NCBI GenBank assembly: GCA_041487875.1
Contig: JBGPOE010000003.1
Span: forward strand, 12,398-76,397
DNA: 64,000 nucleotides
Origin: Gemmatimonadota bacterium
GTDB lineage: Bacteria > Gemmatimonadota > Gemmatimonadetes > Gemmatimonadales > GWC2-71-9
Direction: 5' to 3'
Position numbers and translations under genes: made by a program. Positions 25,652 through 37,751 of this stretch are shown in pieces; the first letter of the stretch is position 1; every line of letters begins with the position of its first letter. Below the pieces are notes generated by a model. That model was not told the DNA's origin and ran no database searches. It saw nothing but the letters and a program-made list of their open reading frames with translations.

Positions 25652-26999
25652 GGCGCGCTCCGTGTTCCGCTGCACCGAGTGCGGCGCGGAGCAGCCGAAA
25701 TGGGCGGGGCGCTGCGACGCGTGTGGGACGTGGAATACACTGGTGGAAGAGGCGGTCGGGCGCTCAGGCGGTCGGGCGGTCAAACGCTCCGATGTGTCCT
25801 CTCATCCGCCTGTCCGCCTGTCCGCCGTGGGGAGTGGGGCACTCGGCCGCTGGCCCACCGGTCTCGCCGAGTTCGACTTCGTGCTGGGTGGCGGCATTGT
25901 CCCGGGATCGGTCGTGCTGGTGGGCGGCGAGCCCGGCATCGGGAAATCGACGCTCTTGTTGCAGTGCGCCACGCGACTCGAGCACGCTGGCGTTTCGACG
26001 CTGTACGTCTCGGGCGAAGAGTCGCCCGAGCAGATTCGCATGCGGGCCGATCGCCTGGCCGACGACGCCGGCGCGGTGCATGTGCTGGGCGAGACGCGGC
26101 TCGAGGCGATCATCCATCACGCGGCGGCGCTCAACGCACGCGTCGTCTTCGTCGATTCCATCCAGACCACCTACACCGACGAGCTCGAGGGCGCCCCCGG
26201 CAACGTGGGCCAGGTGCGCGAATGCGCCGCGCGGCTGATGCGCTTCGCCAAGGAAGCCGGGCCCGCGGTCGTCCTCGTGGGCCATGTGACCAAGGGCGGC
26301 GGCATCGCCGGCCCGCGCACGCTCGAGCACATCGTCGACACGGTGCTCTACTTCGAGGGCGAAGCGACGCTCGATCACCGCATCCTGCGCGCCGTGAAGA
26401 ACCGCTTCGGCTCGGTGGACGAAATCGGCGTGTTCCGCATGACGGGGCAGGGCCTCGAGCCCGTGGCCGATCCCGCCGCCGCCTTCCTCGCCGGCCGGAA
26501 CTCAGGGATCGCGGGGTCGGCCGTGACGGCACTGATGGAAGGCACCCGGCCCATGCTGGTCGAAATCCAGGCGCTCGCCGCCAAGGCAGGCTTCGGCACG
26601 CCGCAGCGGGTGGCGACGGGCCTCGACCAGCGGCGGCTCGCCGTATTGCTCGCCGTGCTGGAGCGGCGCGGCGGGCTGGCGGTCTCGGGACTCGACGTGT
26701 TCGTGAACGTGACGGGCGGCGTGCGGCTGCTCGAGCCATCGACCGATCTCGCCGTGGTGGCGGCGCTCGTCTCGAGCGTACACGACCGCCCCGTGCCGGC
26801 CGACGCGCTGTTCCTGGGCGAGGTGGGCTTGGGCGGCGAAGTGCGACCGGTGGCGGGCGTGGAACGCCGGCTCGCCGAGGCCGGGCGCCAGGGATTCCGC
26901 CGCGTGTTTCTCTCGGCGCGCTCACGCGTGGCACCGCAAGGGCTGGACGTGGTGGGGTTGGAGGGCATCGGTGAGCTCGCGCGCCGCCTCGCCGCCTGA
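25644..26999 (+). CDS. radA: DNA repair protein RadA
   Basis: ORF 25644..26999. N-terminal zinc finger CTECGAEQPKWAGRCDACGTWNT, Walker A GGEPGIGKSTL, KNRFG motif, Lon-like C-terminal domain. Confidence 0.9.
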   Translation: MSKARSVFRCTECGAEQPKWAGRCDACGTWNTLVEEAVGRSGGRAVKRSDVSSHPPVRLSAVGSGALGRWPTGLAEFDFVLGGGIVPGSVVLVGGEPGIGKSTLLLQCATRLEHAGVSTLYVSGEESPEQIRMRADRLADDAGAVHVLGETRLEAIIHHAAALNARVVFVDSIQTTYTDELEGAPGNVGQVRECAARLMRFAKEAGPAVVLVGHVTKGGGIAGPRTLEHIVDTVLYFEGEATLDHRILRAVKNRFGSVDEIGVFRMTGQGLEPVADPAAAFLAGRNSGIAGSAVTALMEGTRPMLVEIQALAAKAGFGTPQRVATGLDQRRLAVLLAVLERRGGLAVSGLDVFVNVTGGVRLLEPSTDLAVVAALVSSVHDRPVPADALFLGEVGLGGEVRPVAGVERRLAEAGRQGFRRVFLSARSRVAPQGLDVVGLEGIGELARRLAA

Positions 27000-27675
27000 C
27001 GTCGGGGTCGTGGTCGTGGCCGCGGGCTCGGGGATCCGCGCGGGCCCCGGCGAGCCCAAACAGTTCCGCCCGATCCTTGGCGTGCCGATGCTGCTGCGCG
27101 CGCTGCGGCCCTTCACCTCGCATCCCGATGTGGCCCACGTCGTGGTCGTGTTGCCGCCGGCGTTTGCGGAGCGGCCGCCCGAGTGGCTCGGCAAACTCGT
27201 GGGTGAGCGTCTGGCGCTGGTGGCGGGCGGCGCGCACCGCGTCGACTCGGTGCGCAGCGGCTTGGCGGCGCTCGGCCCCGCCGTGGAAGTCGTCCTGATA
27301 CACGACGCCGCGCGACCGTTCGTCAGCCGCGGCACGGTGGACGCCGTCGTGGCGCTCGCCCGCGAGGGCGTGGGTGCCGTAGCCGCGATCCCGATGGGCG
27401 ACACCGTGAAGGAAGCCAACGAGCTGAATCGCATCGAGCGGACCATTCCTCGCGCCCGGTTGTGGCGCGCCCAGACTCCGCAAGGATTCCCGCGCGCCAT
27501 GCTGCACCAGGCGTTCGAGCGTGCGGGGCCGAACCCGCCCGTCACGGACGACGCCGAGCTGTGCGAGCGTGCGGGTTTCCCGGTGGAGATCGTCCCCGAC
27601 TCGCCCCACAACCTGAAAGTCACCACCGCCGACGATTTGCGGCTGGCCGAAGCGCTGGCGCGTGAGGTGCGGTGA
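26971..27675 (+). CDS. ispD: 2-C-methyl-D-erythritol 4-phosphate cytidylyltransferase (start uncertain)
   Basis: ORF 26971..27675. VVVAAGSGIRAG...KQF, VLIHDAARPF, LWRAQTPQGF. Confidence 0.85.
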   Translation: MSSRAASPPDVGVVVVAAGSGIRAGPGEPKQFRPILGVPMLLRALRPFTSHPDVAHVVVVLPPAFAERPPEWLGKLVGERLALVAGGAHRVDSVRSGLAALGPAVEVVLIHDAARPFVSRGTVDAVVALAREGVGAVAAIPMGDTVKEANELNRIERTIPRARLWRAQTPQGFPRAMLHQAFERAGPNPPVTDDAELCERAGFPVEIVPDSPHNLKVTTADDLRLAEALAREVR

Positions 27676-28325
27676 ATCCGCTGCCGTTTCGCTCGGATGC
27701 CGACGTGGCCGCAGCGCTCGCGCCCGTTGCCGCGCACCTCGAGGCGGGTGGCCTGCTCGCCTATCCTACCGAGACCGTGTACGGCCTCGGATCGCGGGCC
27801 AAGCCGGATGACGTGCGGGCGCTGGCTCAACTCAAGGGCCGCCAGCCCGACAAGCCATTTCTTCTCTTGATCGCGAACCACGAGATGGCGGCAGCCCAGG
27901 GACTCGCCTTCACCGACGCGGCGCGCGCCATGGCGCGCGCGTTCTGGCCCGGGCCCCTCACGCTCGTGCTGGCGGGCGGTGGCGGCCGCCTCCCCGATCA
28001 GCTACGCGGTCCCGAGGGGGGCTTCGCGGTCCGCTGGACGTCGCACCGCGGCATGGCCCGGCTGATCGCCGGACTGGGAGCGCCCATCACCTCCACCTCG
28101 GCCAACCTGCCGGGGCAATCGCCCGCGCCCGGGGCGGCCGCGATCCTGCGGGATTTCGCCCCGGCCGTCGCGGATCGGCGCCTGTTGGTGCTCGACGGTG
28201 GGGTGCTCGGCAATTCGCCCCCCTCAACAGTGATCGATTGCACGCGCCCGCGCGCCCGCTTGGTGCGCGAGGGCGCGATCACGCTCGCCGAGCTGCGGCG
28301 GACCGTGGGGCACTTCGCACCATGA
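27672..28325 (+). CDS. tsaC: L-threonylcarbamoyladenylate synthase (YrdC/TsaC/Sua5 family)
   Basis: ORF 27672..28325. LAYPTETVYGLGSRA, KGRQPDKPFLLLI, WPGPLTLVL, TSTSANLPGQ. Confidence 0.8.
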   Translation: MNPLPFRSDADVAAALAPVAAHLEAGGLLAYPTETVYGLGSRAKPDDVRALAQLKGRQPDKPFLLLIANHEMAAAQGLAFTDAARAMARAFWPGPLTLVLAGGGGRLPDQLRGPEGGFAVRWTSHRGMARLIAGLGAPITSTSANLPGQSPAPGAAAILRDFAPAVADRRLLVLDGGVLGNSPPSTVIDCTRPRARLVREGAITLAELRRTVGHFAP

Positions 28326-28801
28326 TCAGCCGCATTCTCCTCGTCTGCACGGGCAACATCTGCCGCAGTCCCCTCGCCGAGGCGCTGCTGCGGCGTGACC
28401 TCACTGCGCGCGGGTTCCCCGAGATCGACGTCGGGTCGGCTGGGACGGGCGCGTGGGACGGTGCTCCGGCCTCTGAGGGGGCGTACCTGGTGGGGCTCGA
28501 GCGCGGGCTGGATCTGTCGGGCCATCGCGCGCGGCTGCTCACGCGCGAGCTGGTGGAAGGCGCCGATCTGGTGCTCACCATGGCGCGGCACCACCGGGCG
28601 CGGGTGGAGGAGTTGGGCGGGGAAGGGCGCGTGTCCGTGCTCGGCGAGTACGCCGGCCGCGACGGCGACGACGCGGAGGTGAGCGACCCGTTCGGCGGCG
28701 ACCTCGACGTGTATCGCGACACCTGCGCCGAGCTCGAGGCGCTGAGCGTGGCCGTCACCGAGCGGCTCGCGCGGGAGCGACAGAGTGGAGATCGGCGCTA
28801 G
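28322..28801 (+). CDS. low-molecular-weight protein-tyrosine (or arginine) phosphatase
   Basis: ORF 28238..28801 trimmed to ATG 28322, which forms an ATGA overlap. Active-site loop VCTGNICRSP (CX5RS) and downstream DP(F)GG. Confidence 0.8.
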   Translation: MISRILLVCTGNICRSPLAEALLRRDLTARGFPEIDVGSAGTGAWDGAPASEGAYLVGLERGLDLSGHRARLLTRELVEGADLVLTMARHHRARVEELGGEGRVSVLGEYAGRDGDDAEVSDPFGGDLDVYRDTCAELEALSVAVTERLARERQSGDRR

Positions 28802-29598
28802 CACCCGCCTGTTGGCGGTGCTGGGCGACCCCGTCGCTCACTCGCTCTCTCCCGCCATGCACAACGCGGCCATCCGCGCCCTGGGGTTCGACGCCGTGTA
28901 CGTGGGGCTGCGCGTGCCGGCGGCCGCGCTCCCGGACGTGCTCGCCGCACTCGCCGCGATCGGCGCCGCGGGCAACGTCACCATACCGCACAAAGAAGCG
29001 GTGGAACGCCACGTCACGCGCAAAACCGATGCGTGCGTCAAGGTCGGGGCGTGCAATACGTTCTGGGTGGAGCGCGGCACCCTGGTGGGCGATAACACCG
29101 ACGTGACCGGCGTCCGCGCGGCGCTCGGTGCGCTGGGTGCCGACGGCGCGCGGCGTTGGCTGGTGCTCGGGACGGGCGGCTCAGCGCGCGCGGTGGCGAT
29201 TGCCGCGGCCGCCGCCGGCGTGGAGCTGCGCGTGCGCTCCCGCGCGCCCGAGCGCGCCGCCCGCTTCGCCGCCTGGGCGGCCGAGCACGGCGCCCGCGCC
29301 GCCGTCTGCAAAGACGGGGAGCCCGCCGAGGTCGTGATCAATGCCACACCCCTGGGACTCGCACCCAACGACCCGCTGCCAGCCGATCCCGCGCGACTCA
29401 CGGGCGTGCGCTGGGCGCTGGACATGGTGTACGCCGCGGGGCTGACCCGCTGGGTTCAGGCGCTGCGGGCGGCGGGTGTGGCGGCACACGACGGCCGCGA
29501 GATGCTGGTGCGCCAGGGAGCCGCTGCCTTCGACCGCTTCTTCCCCGAGGCGAGCGCCCCGCTCGAAATCATGCGCGCGGCAGTCGCCCGCGCGCTCC

Positions 29599-29606
<8 letters not shown>
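28785..29606 (+). CDS. aroE: shikimate 5-dehydrogenase
   Basis: ORF 28785..29606. LLAVLGDPVAHSLSPAMHNAA, NVTIPHK, GDNTDVTG, LGTGGSARA. Confidence 0.85.
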
Positions 29607-32546
<2,940 letters not shown>

Positions 32547-32550
<4 letters not shown>

Positions 32551-33296
32551 GACAGCTGCTCTTCGCCGCGAACTGGAAGATGCACATCGGGCCGCCCGAG
32601 GCCCGTGCGTACCTCGCGACGTTCATGGCAGCGTACCCACCGCACCCCGATCGCGAGGTGTGGTTCTTCCCTCCGGCCGTGTCCATCGAGGCCGCGGCAA
32701 ACGCCGCCGCACAGCGCGCCGATCTGCGCGTCGGGGCGCAGGACATCCATTGGGAGCCGAACGGCGCATACACCGGGGCAGTCTCGGGTGCGCTGGCGGC
32801 TCAGGCCGGGGCGCGCGCCGCGTTGGTCGGTCACTCCGAGCGCCGCCACGTGTTCGGCGAGAGCGATGCCGACACCCAAAAGAAGGTCCGCGCCGCGCTC
32901 GCCGCTCAGCTCGCGCCGATCCTGTGCGTGGGAGAGACCTTGGGCGAGCGCGAGGCCGACGAGACTCTGGCCGTGGTCACGCGACAGCTCGCCATCGCCC
33001 TGGGGAGCCTCGACGGCGCGGCGCTGGGAGAGATCGTCATCGCCTACGAGCCCGTGTGGGCGATCGGCACGGGCAAGAACGCCACGCCGCAGGACGCCGC
33101 GCTGGTACACCGCCACATTCGGGCCTGGCTGGTGGAGCGTCGCGCTGCTCGGACGCGGGTGCTGTACGGCGGCAGCGTGAACCTGAAGAGCATCGCGGAG
33201 CTCCTGGCCCAGCCCGAGTTGGACGGCGTGCTTGTGGGTGGCGCGTCGCTGGAAGCCGATGGCTGGGCTCGACTTGTGCGGACGGCAGCGGCCTAG
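32547..33296 (+). CDS. tpiA: triose-phosphate isomerase
   Basis: ORF 32262..33296 trimmed to GTG 32547, which forms a GTGA overlap. FAANWKMH, VGHSERR, AYEPVWAIGTG, YGGSV. Confidence 0.9.
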
Positions 33297-33312
33297 GTAT
33301 TATCCCCCCGCC

Positions 33313-33669
33313 ATGTACACCACCCTGCTCGCCATCTTGCTGCTGGACGCCGTGATCCTCACCACCGCCGTGTTGTTTCAAGCGGGGCAGGGCGGCGGGC
33401 TCGCATCGCTGGGCGGCGGCGCGGGTACCGAGACATTCATGGGTGGCCGCCAGGCGGTTACGCTGCTCACCAAGGTCACGTGGTGGTGCAGTGGGATCTT
33501 CCTCTTTCTCGCGCTGGTGCTCGCGGTCATGCAATCGCATGCGGGCGTGGCGCGGTCCGTGATCGAGCAGAATCTCCCCGCGCAACAGCAACAGGCCCCG
33601 GCGCAGACCGCGCCGCTGCCGCTGCCGACGACTCCCGCGCCGACCACGCCGAGTACGCCGCATCGCTGA
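33313..33669 (+). CDS. secG: preprotein translocase subunit SecG with Pro/Thr/Ala-rich C-terminal tail
   Basis: ORF 33232..33669 trimmed to ATG 33313. LFQAGQGGGLASLGGGAG core motif and two TM helices; conserved tpiA-secG synteny. Confidence 0.8.
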   Translation: MYTTLLAILLLDAVILTTAVLFQAGQGGGLASLGGGAGTETFMGGRQAVTLLTKVTWWCSGIFLFLALVLAVMQSHAGVARSVIEQNLPAQQQQAPAQTAPLPLPTTPAPTTPSTPHR

Positions 33670-34765
33670 CCGCCTTCCCGCCTACGTCCTGCTCGAGGAC
33701 GGCGCCTGCTTCCACGGCACCGCGCCCTTGGGTTTCGAGCCGTCGTGCGCGGAAGTCGTGTTCACCACCAATCTCTCGGGATACCAGGAGGTCTTCACCG
33801 ATCCCTCCTACCTCGGGCAGATCGTGGTGATGACGGCACCGATGATCGGCAACTACGGCATCAATCCCGACGACATCGAATCGGACCGCCCACGCGTCGC
33901 GGGCGTGGTGGTGCGCGAGCTGTCGCTCAAGCCATCCAACTGGCGCTCGACCGGCTCGCTGCTCGACTGGTTGTCGGAGGCGAAGGTGCCGGTGGTGGCC
34001 GACATCGATACGCGTCAGCTCACGCGTCACATCCGCTCCAAGGGCGCCATGCGCGGCGTCATGGCCGTGGGCGATGCGCCGAGCGACGCCGTGCGGCGGG
34101 CGCTCGCCGCATCGCCGTCGATGGACGGGCTCGACCTCGCGAGCGCCGCGACGATCAAGTCGGAGTACGGCGAAGGACCGGCCACCGCCAAGTACCATGT
34201 GGTGGCCTACGACTACGGCATGAAGCGCAACATTCTGCGGTTGTTCATTCAGAATGACTGTCGCGTGACCGTCGTGCCGGCCGGGACACCCGCGGCACGC
34301 ATTCGTGAGCTCGAGCCGGACGGGTTGTTTCTCTCCAACGGCCCGGGCGACCCCGCGGCAGTCGGCTACGCGATCAAGACGATCCGCGAGCTGGGCGACG
34401 GCACGCTGCCGATCTTCGGGATCTGCCTCGGCCACCAGCTGCTCGGGCTCGCGTTCGGCGGACGGACCACCAAGCTGCCCTACGGTCACCGTGGCGGTAA
34501 CCACCCCGTGCGTGATCTCACGACAGGGCAAGTACTTATCACGTCGCAAAACCACGGCTTCGCCGTCGAGGGCGACACCAGCGGCGTCCCCGGCGCCGCG
34601 GCGCTGGAGGTGACGCACCTGAATCTCAATGATCACACCGTCGAAGGCGTGCGCCACCGCGAGTACCCGATTTTCGCCGTCCAGTATCACCCGGAAGCAT
34701 CACCGGGCCCACACGACGCCCAACCGCACTTTCGGCAGTTCCTCCAAGCTCTTGACAGTCAATAG
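33662..34765 (+). CDS. carA: carbamoyl-phosphate synthase small (glutamine amidotransferase) subunit; start codon unresolved (no in-frame ATG/GTG/TTG upstream of conserved N-terminus)
   Basis: ORF track starts at TTG 33728, but the same frame upstream encodes AYVLLEDGACFHGTAPLG, which aligns with the conserved CarA N-terminus (E. coli SALLVLEDGTQFHGRAIG). Downstream: VVFTTNLSGYQEVFTDPSY, GICLGHQ, HGFAV, QYHPEA. Confidence 0.85.
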   Translation: MADRLPAYVLLEDGACFHGTAPLGFEPSCAEVVFTTNLSGYQEVFTDPSYLGQIVVMTAPMIGNYGINPDDIESDRPRVAGVVVRELSLKPSNWRSTGSLLDWLSEAKVPVVADIDTRQLTRHIRSKGAMRGVMAVGDAPSDAVRRALAASPSMDGLDLASAATIKSEYGEGPATAKYHVVAYDYGMKRNILRLFIQNDCRVTVVPAGTPAARIRELEPDGLFLSNGPGDPAAVGYAIKTIRELGDGTLPIFGICLGHQLLGLAFGGRTTKLPYGHRGGNHPVRDLTTGQVLITSQNHGFAVEGDTSGVPGAAALEVTHLNLNDHTVEGVRHREYPIFAVQYHPEASPGPHDAQPHFRQFLQALDSQ

Positions 34766-34781
34766 GTAAGGTCCATATTAT
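34752..34781 (+). promoter_or_regulatory. near-consensus sigma-70 promoter TTGACA-N18-TATTAT upstream of the HU/IHF gene
   Basis: -35 TTGACA at 34752-34757; -10 TATTAT at 34776-34781 (or ATATTA with N17). Overlaps the carA 3' end, 40 nt before ATG 34821. Confidence 0.45.
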
Positions 34782-34820
34782 GCCCCCGCTCGCCCGCCCT
34801 GGGCCCTGCTGGGGGAACGG

Positions 34821-35141
34821 ATGACGAAGGCCGATCTCGTCGAGAAGGTCACCGCACAAATCGCCCGCACGGCGGGTCCGCTCATTTCCAAAAAGGACTG
34901 CGCCCGGGTCGTCGACTCGTTCCTGGACGCGGTGAAGGCCGCGCTGGCCGAGCAGCATAACATTGAGATACGCGGGTTTGGGACCTTCAAGATCCGTCAG
35001 CGGAAGACGCGAATGGCCCGCAATCCCCGCACCGGCGATCCGGTGGAAGTGGCGGCGCGGCCGGTACCTGTCTTCAAGCCCAGCAAGGAGTTGCGCGCGA
35101 TGGTCGCCGACGCGAACGCGCGCGTGAGCGCGCCGTCCTGA
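34821..35141 (+). CDS. HU/IHF-family DNA-binding protein
   Basis: ORF 34821..35141, 106 aa. MTKADLVEKV..., IEIRGFGTFKIRQRKTRMARNPRTGDPVEV beta-arm signature. Confidence 0.85.
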   Translation: MTKADLVEKVTAQIARTAGPLISKKDCARVVDSFLDAVKAALAEQHNIEIRGFGTFKIRQRKTRMARNPRTGDPVEVAARPVPVFKPSKELRAMVADANARVSAPS

Positions 35142-35165
35142 CTCCCGGCACGGAACGGCGCAGCG

Positions 35166-35200
35166 GCGGCCCGGACTAAACGTCTGGGCCGCTTTGTTTT
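35166..35200 (+). terminator. Rho-independent terminator
   Basis: 11-bp stem GCGGCCCGGAC / GUCUGGGCCGC (one G-U pair), 5-nt loop UAAAC, followed by UUUGUUUU, 25 nt after the HU/IHF stop. Confidence 0.7.
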
Positions 35201-35240
35201 GGCTGGTGTATCCAGGTTGAACCCTCGCTCCGGAGCCCGC

Positions 35241-37031
35241 GTGCTGCGCCAACTCGGTGTGCTGACGCTCGTTGCGTTGCCGCTCACCGCCCAAACCGTG
35301 AACTACGAAGTCTCGGTGCTGCCGGCCGACAATCTGTTTCACGTCAAGGCGGATCTTCCAGCCGCCGGAAAAGACACGCTGTATCTCTCCCTGCCGGCGT
35401 GGAGTCCCGGGAATTACGAGATCCAGAATTACGCGCGCTACGTCCGGCACTTCACCGTGCATGGCGCCGACGGCTCGGCGCTCTTCTGGGATCGCTTCGA
35501 CAAGGACACGTGGCGCGTGACGACGGGGAAGCGCGATCGCGTTACGGTCGAGTTCGACTACCTGGCCGACACGGTCGACTTGTCGATCGCGCGTGTGCGG
35601 GGCGATTGGGGCCAATTCCTCGGCACGAATCTGTTTCTGTACGAGGAAGGACAGCTTGCGCGGCCCGCCGCGGTGCGCTTCGCGCTGCCGTCGGGGTGGC
35701 GCGTGACCACCGCCCTCGCCGCGGGCGCCGGGGGTGCGTACTCCGCGCCCGATTATCACACCTTGGCGGACGCGGAAACGTTCGTGGGACGGTACGCGCT
35801 CGATTCCGTACCGGTCGCGGGGCACTGGATTCGCCTGGCTCTCTACCCCCAGGGCGACTACACGCCCGCCGTGGCGAAGAACCTGCGCGACGTGATCCAG
35901 CGCGCGGCCACGACGCAGGACGATCTCATGGGCGGCCCGCCGTACGACACGTATACCATCTTCTTCAGCGTGATCCACGAGCCGGTCGGTTTCGGGGGCG
36001 GCCTGGAGCACGCGGCTTCTCAGTACGATATCATGCCGGCGGGTCCCGACTTCGCGGACGAGCGCGGCCAGCTGGGCTCGTTCATTCGCCCGCTGATCTC
36101 GCACGAGTTCTTCCACTTGTGGAACGTGAAGCGGATCCGGCCCGCGGAGATGTGGCCGTACGACTATCATGCCGAACAGTTCACGCCGCTCCTCTGGTGG
36201 TCGGAGGGTGTCACCGACTACTACGCCGACCTCACCAACGTACGCTCGCGCCTGTGGACGGAGAGCGACTTCCTGAACAACATCGCGGCGAACATGCACG
36301 AGGTGGGCGCGGCGCCGGAGCCGTGGAGCGAGGAAGATGGCAGCGTGGCGACGTGGATCAACGAGATCTACGTCAACAGCTCGCAGCTGTACTATCCGAA
36401 AGGCTCGCTCACCGGCCTGTTGCTCGACGTGTCCATCCGCGACGCGACCGACAACAAACATTCCCTGGACGACGTGATGCGCGGCCTGTTCACCCGCTAT
36501 TACAAGCAGGAGAAGGGGTTCACGACCGCCAACCTGCTGGCCTTGTTGAAGGAAGCGGGCCTGCCCGACCCCGACGGCTTCTACGCACGCTACATCAACG
36601 GGCGCGACCCGCTGCCGTACGACTCCGTGTTGGCCCGAGCGGGAATCGTGGTGACGCGCCGCGACGAGTCGACCCCGCTGCTCGGCGTGTCGTCGGGGCT
36701 CACCGCGGACGGCCAGGTCGAGGTGCAGGGCGTGCAACCGGGGAGCGCGGCCGCCGAGGCGGGGCTCGCGCCGGGCGACGTGCTGCTGCAAGTCGGCGAG
36801 GTCACGATTCGTGGCGACCAGGATTGGGGCGAGGCGTTTCGCAGCCGCTTCCGTGGGCAGAACGGCCAAGCGGTAACGATCACAGTGCGCCGCAACGGGC
36901 AACCGCGCACGCTGCAGACGCACGTGCGCGAGCGAATTCAGTCGGCGTTCGCGGTGTCCAAGGCGGCCTCGCCCACAGCCCGGCAGGCGAAGATCTGGAG
37001 CGGCCTCACGGCGGGAACGACGAGCCCGTGA
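35241..37031 (+). CDS. M61 (glycyl aminopeptidase family) metallopeptidase with C-terminal PDZ domain
   Basis: ORF 35199..37031. TTG 35199 lies inside the terminator U-tract, so I prefer GTG 35241 (signal peptide LRQLGVLTLVALPLTAQ). Zinc motif ISHEFFHLWNVKRIRP; PDZ-like GVQPGSAAAEAGLAPGDVLLQVG. Confidence 0.8.
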   Translation: MLRQLGVLTLVALPLTAQTVNYEVSVLPADNLFHVKADLPAAGKDTLYLSLPAWSPGNYEIQNYARYVRHFTVHGADGSALFWDRFDKDTWRVTTGKRDRVTVEFDYLADTVDLSIARVRGDWGQFLGTNLFLYEEGQLARPAAVRFALPSGWRVTTALAAGAGGAYSAPDYHTLADAETFVGRYALDSVPVAGHWIRLALYPQGDYTPAVAKNLRDVIQRAATTQDDLMGGPPYDTYTIFFSVIHEPVGFGGGLEHAASQYDIMPAGPDFADERGQLGSFIRPLISHEFFHLWNVKRIRPAEMWPYDYHAEQFTPLLWWSEGVTDYYADLTNVRSRLWTESDFLNNIAANMHEVGAAPEPWSEEDGSVATWINEIYVNSSQLYYPKGSLTGLLLDVSIRDATDNKHSLDDVMRGLFTRYYKQEKGFTTANLLALLKEAGLPDPDGFYARYINGRDPLPYDSVLARAGIVVTRRDESTPLLGVSSGLTADGQVEVQGVQPGSAAAEAGLAPGDVLLQVGEVTIRGDQDWGEAFRSRFRGQNGQAVTITVRRNGQPRTLQTHVRERIQSAFAVSKAASPTARQAKIWSGLTAGTTSP

Positions 37032-37053
37032 GCGGCGCTGTATACTTCCCAGC

Positions 37054-37311
37054 ATGACACGCGACGGCACGGTGACCGTGCGCTTCTTCGCCCGCTACGC
37101 GGAGCTGGTGGGACGCGAGGAGGCGAGTCTGACGCTGCCGCTGCCCGCCACGGTGGCCGACGTTGTGCGCCACGCGCGAGCCGCACTGCCGGGCGCGGCG
37201 CAGTTGCCCGAGCGCCCGCTCGCGGCGGTGAACCTGAAGCACGCGCGGGCCGAGACACCGGTGAGCGCCGGCGACGAAGTGGCACTGCTGCCACCGTTGG
37301 CGGGCGGATGA
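37054..37311 (+). CDS. moaD: molybdopterin synthase sulfur-carrier subunit
   Basis: ORF 37054..37311, 85 aa, ThiS/MoaD-like, ending in ...LLPPLAGG (C-terminal Gly-Gly). Confidence 0.8.
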   Translation: MTRDGTVTVRFFARYAELVGREEASLTLPLPATVADVVRHARAALPGAAQLPERPLAAVNLKHARAETPVSAGDEVALLPPLAGG

Positions 37312-37751
37312 ACCACCTCACGCGCGCTCCGATCTCGGTCGCGGAGCTGGTTGCGGCCGTCGCCTCGCCCGCGTGCGGTGGTACCTGTCTGTTCCTCGGT
37401 ACGGTGCGCGACGCGCCCGATGACGGCGGCGTGACGGGCATCGAGTACTCAGGTTACGACGCCATGGCGAACGCCGAACTCGACCGCATTCTCGCGGAGG
37501 TGGTGAAGCGCTGGCCCAACGCACGCGTCGCCGTGCGGCACCGGCTCGGCCTCGTGCCGACGGAGGAGGCGAGCATTGGGATCGCCGCGGCCGCGCCCCA
37601 CCGCGCGGAGGCGTTCGGCGCCTGCCGCTACGTAATCGAGGAAGTGAAGCAGCGCCTGCCCATCTGGAAGAAGGAGCTGCGCGCCGACGGCTCGACGCTG
37701 TGGGTGGATCCCCAAGGCCGGCCCGCGGTGGTAGGACCGGAGGGGACGTGA
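37308..37751 (+). CDS. moaE: molybdopterin synthase catalytic subunit
   Basis: ORF 37308..37751 with ATGA overlap. LFLGTVRD...IEYSGYDAMA...IAAAAPHRAEAF...IEEVKQRLPIWKKE. Confidence 0.85.
   Translation: MNHLTRAPISVAELVAAVASPACGGTCLFLGTVRDAPDDGGVTGIEYSGYDAMANAELDRILAEVVKRWPNARVAVRHRLGLVPTEEASIGIAAAAPHRAEAFGACRYVIEEVKQRLPIWKKELRADGSTLWVDPQGRPAVVGPEGT

Noticed and set aside
35199-35240. TTG 35199 as the start of the M61 peptidase
   Set aside because: The codon lies within the terminator U-tract of the upstream gene. GTG 35241 gives a clean signal peptide.
37032-37053. Moco riboswitch upstream of moaD
   Set aside because: Only 22 nt separate the upstream stop from the moaD start, far too short for the riboswitch.
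34626-37070. 814-aa ORF on the minus strand
   Set aside because: It is antisense to the well-supported M61-PDZ peptidase and HU genes. Its translation is Arg/Gly/Pro/Ala-rich low complexity with no motifs, the typical stop-poor antisense frame of GC3-rich coding DNA.
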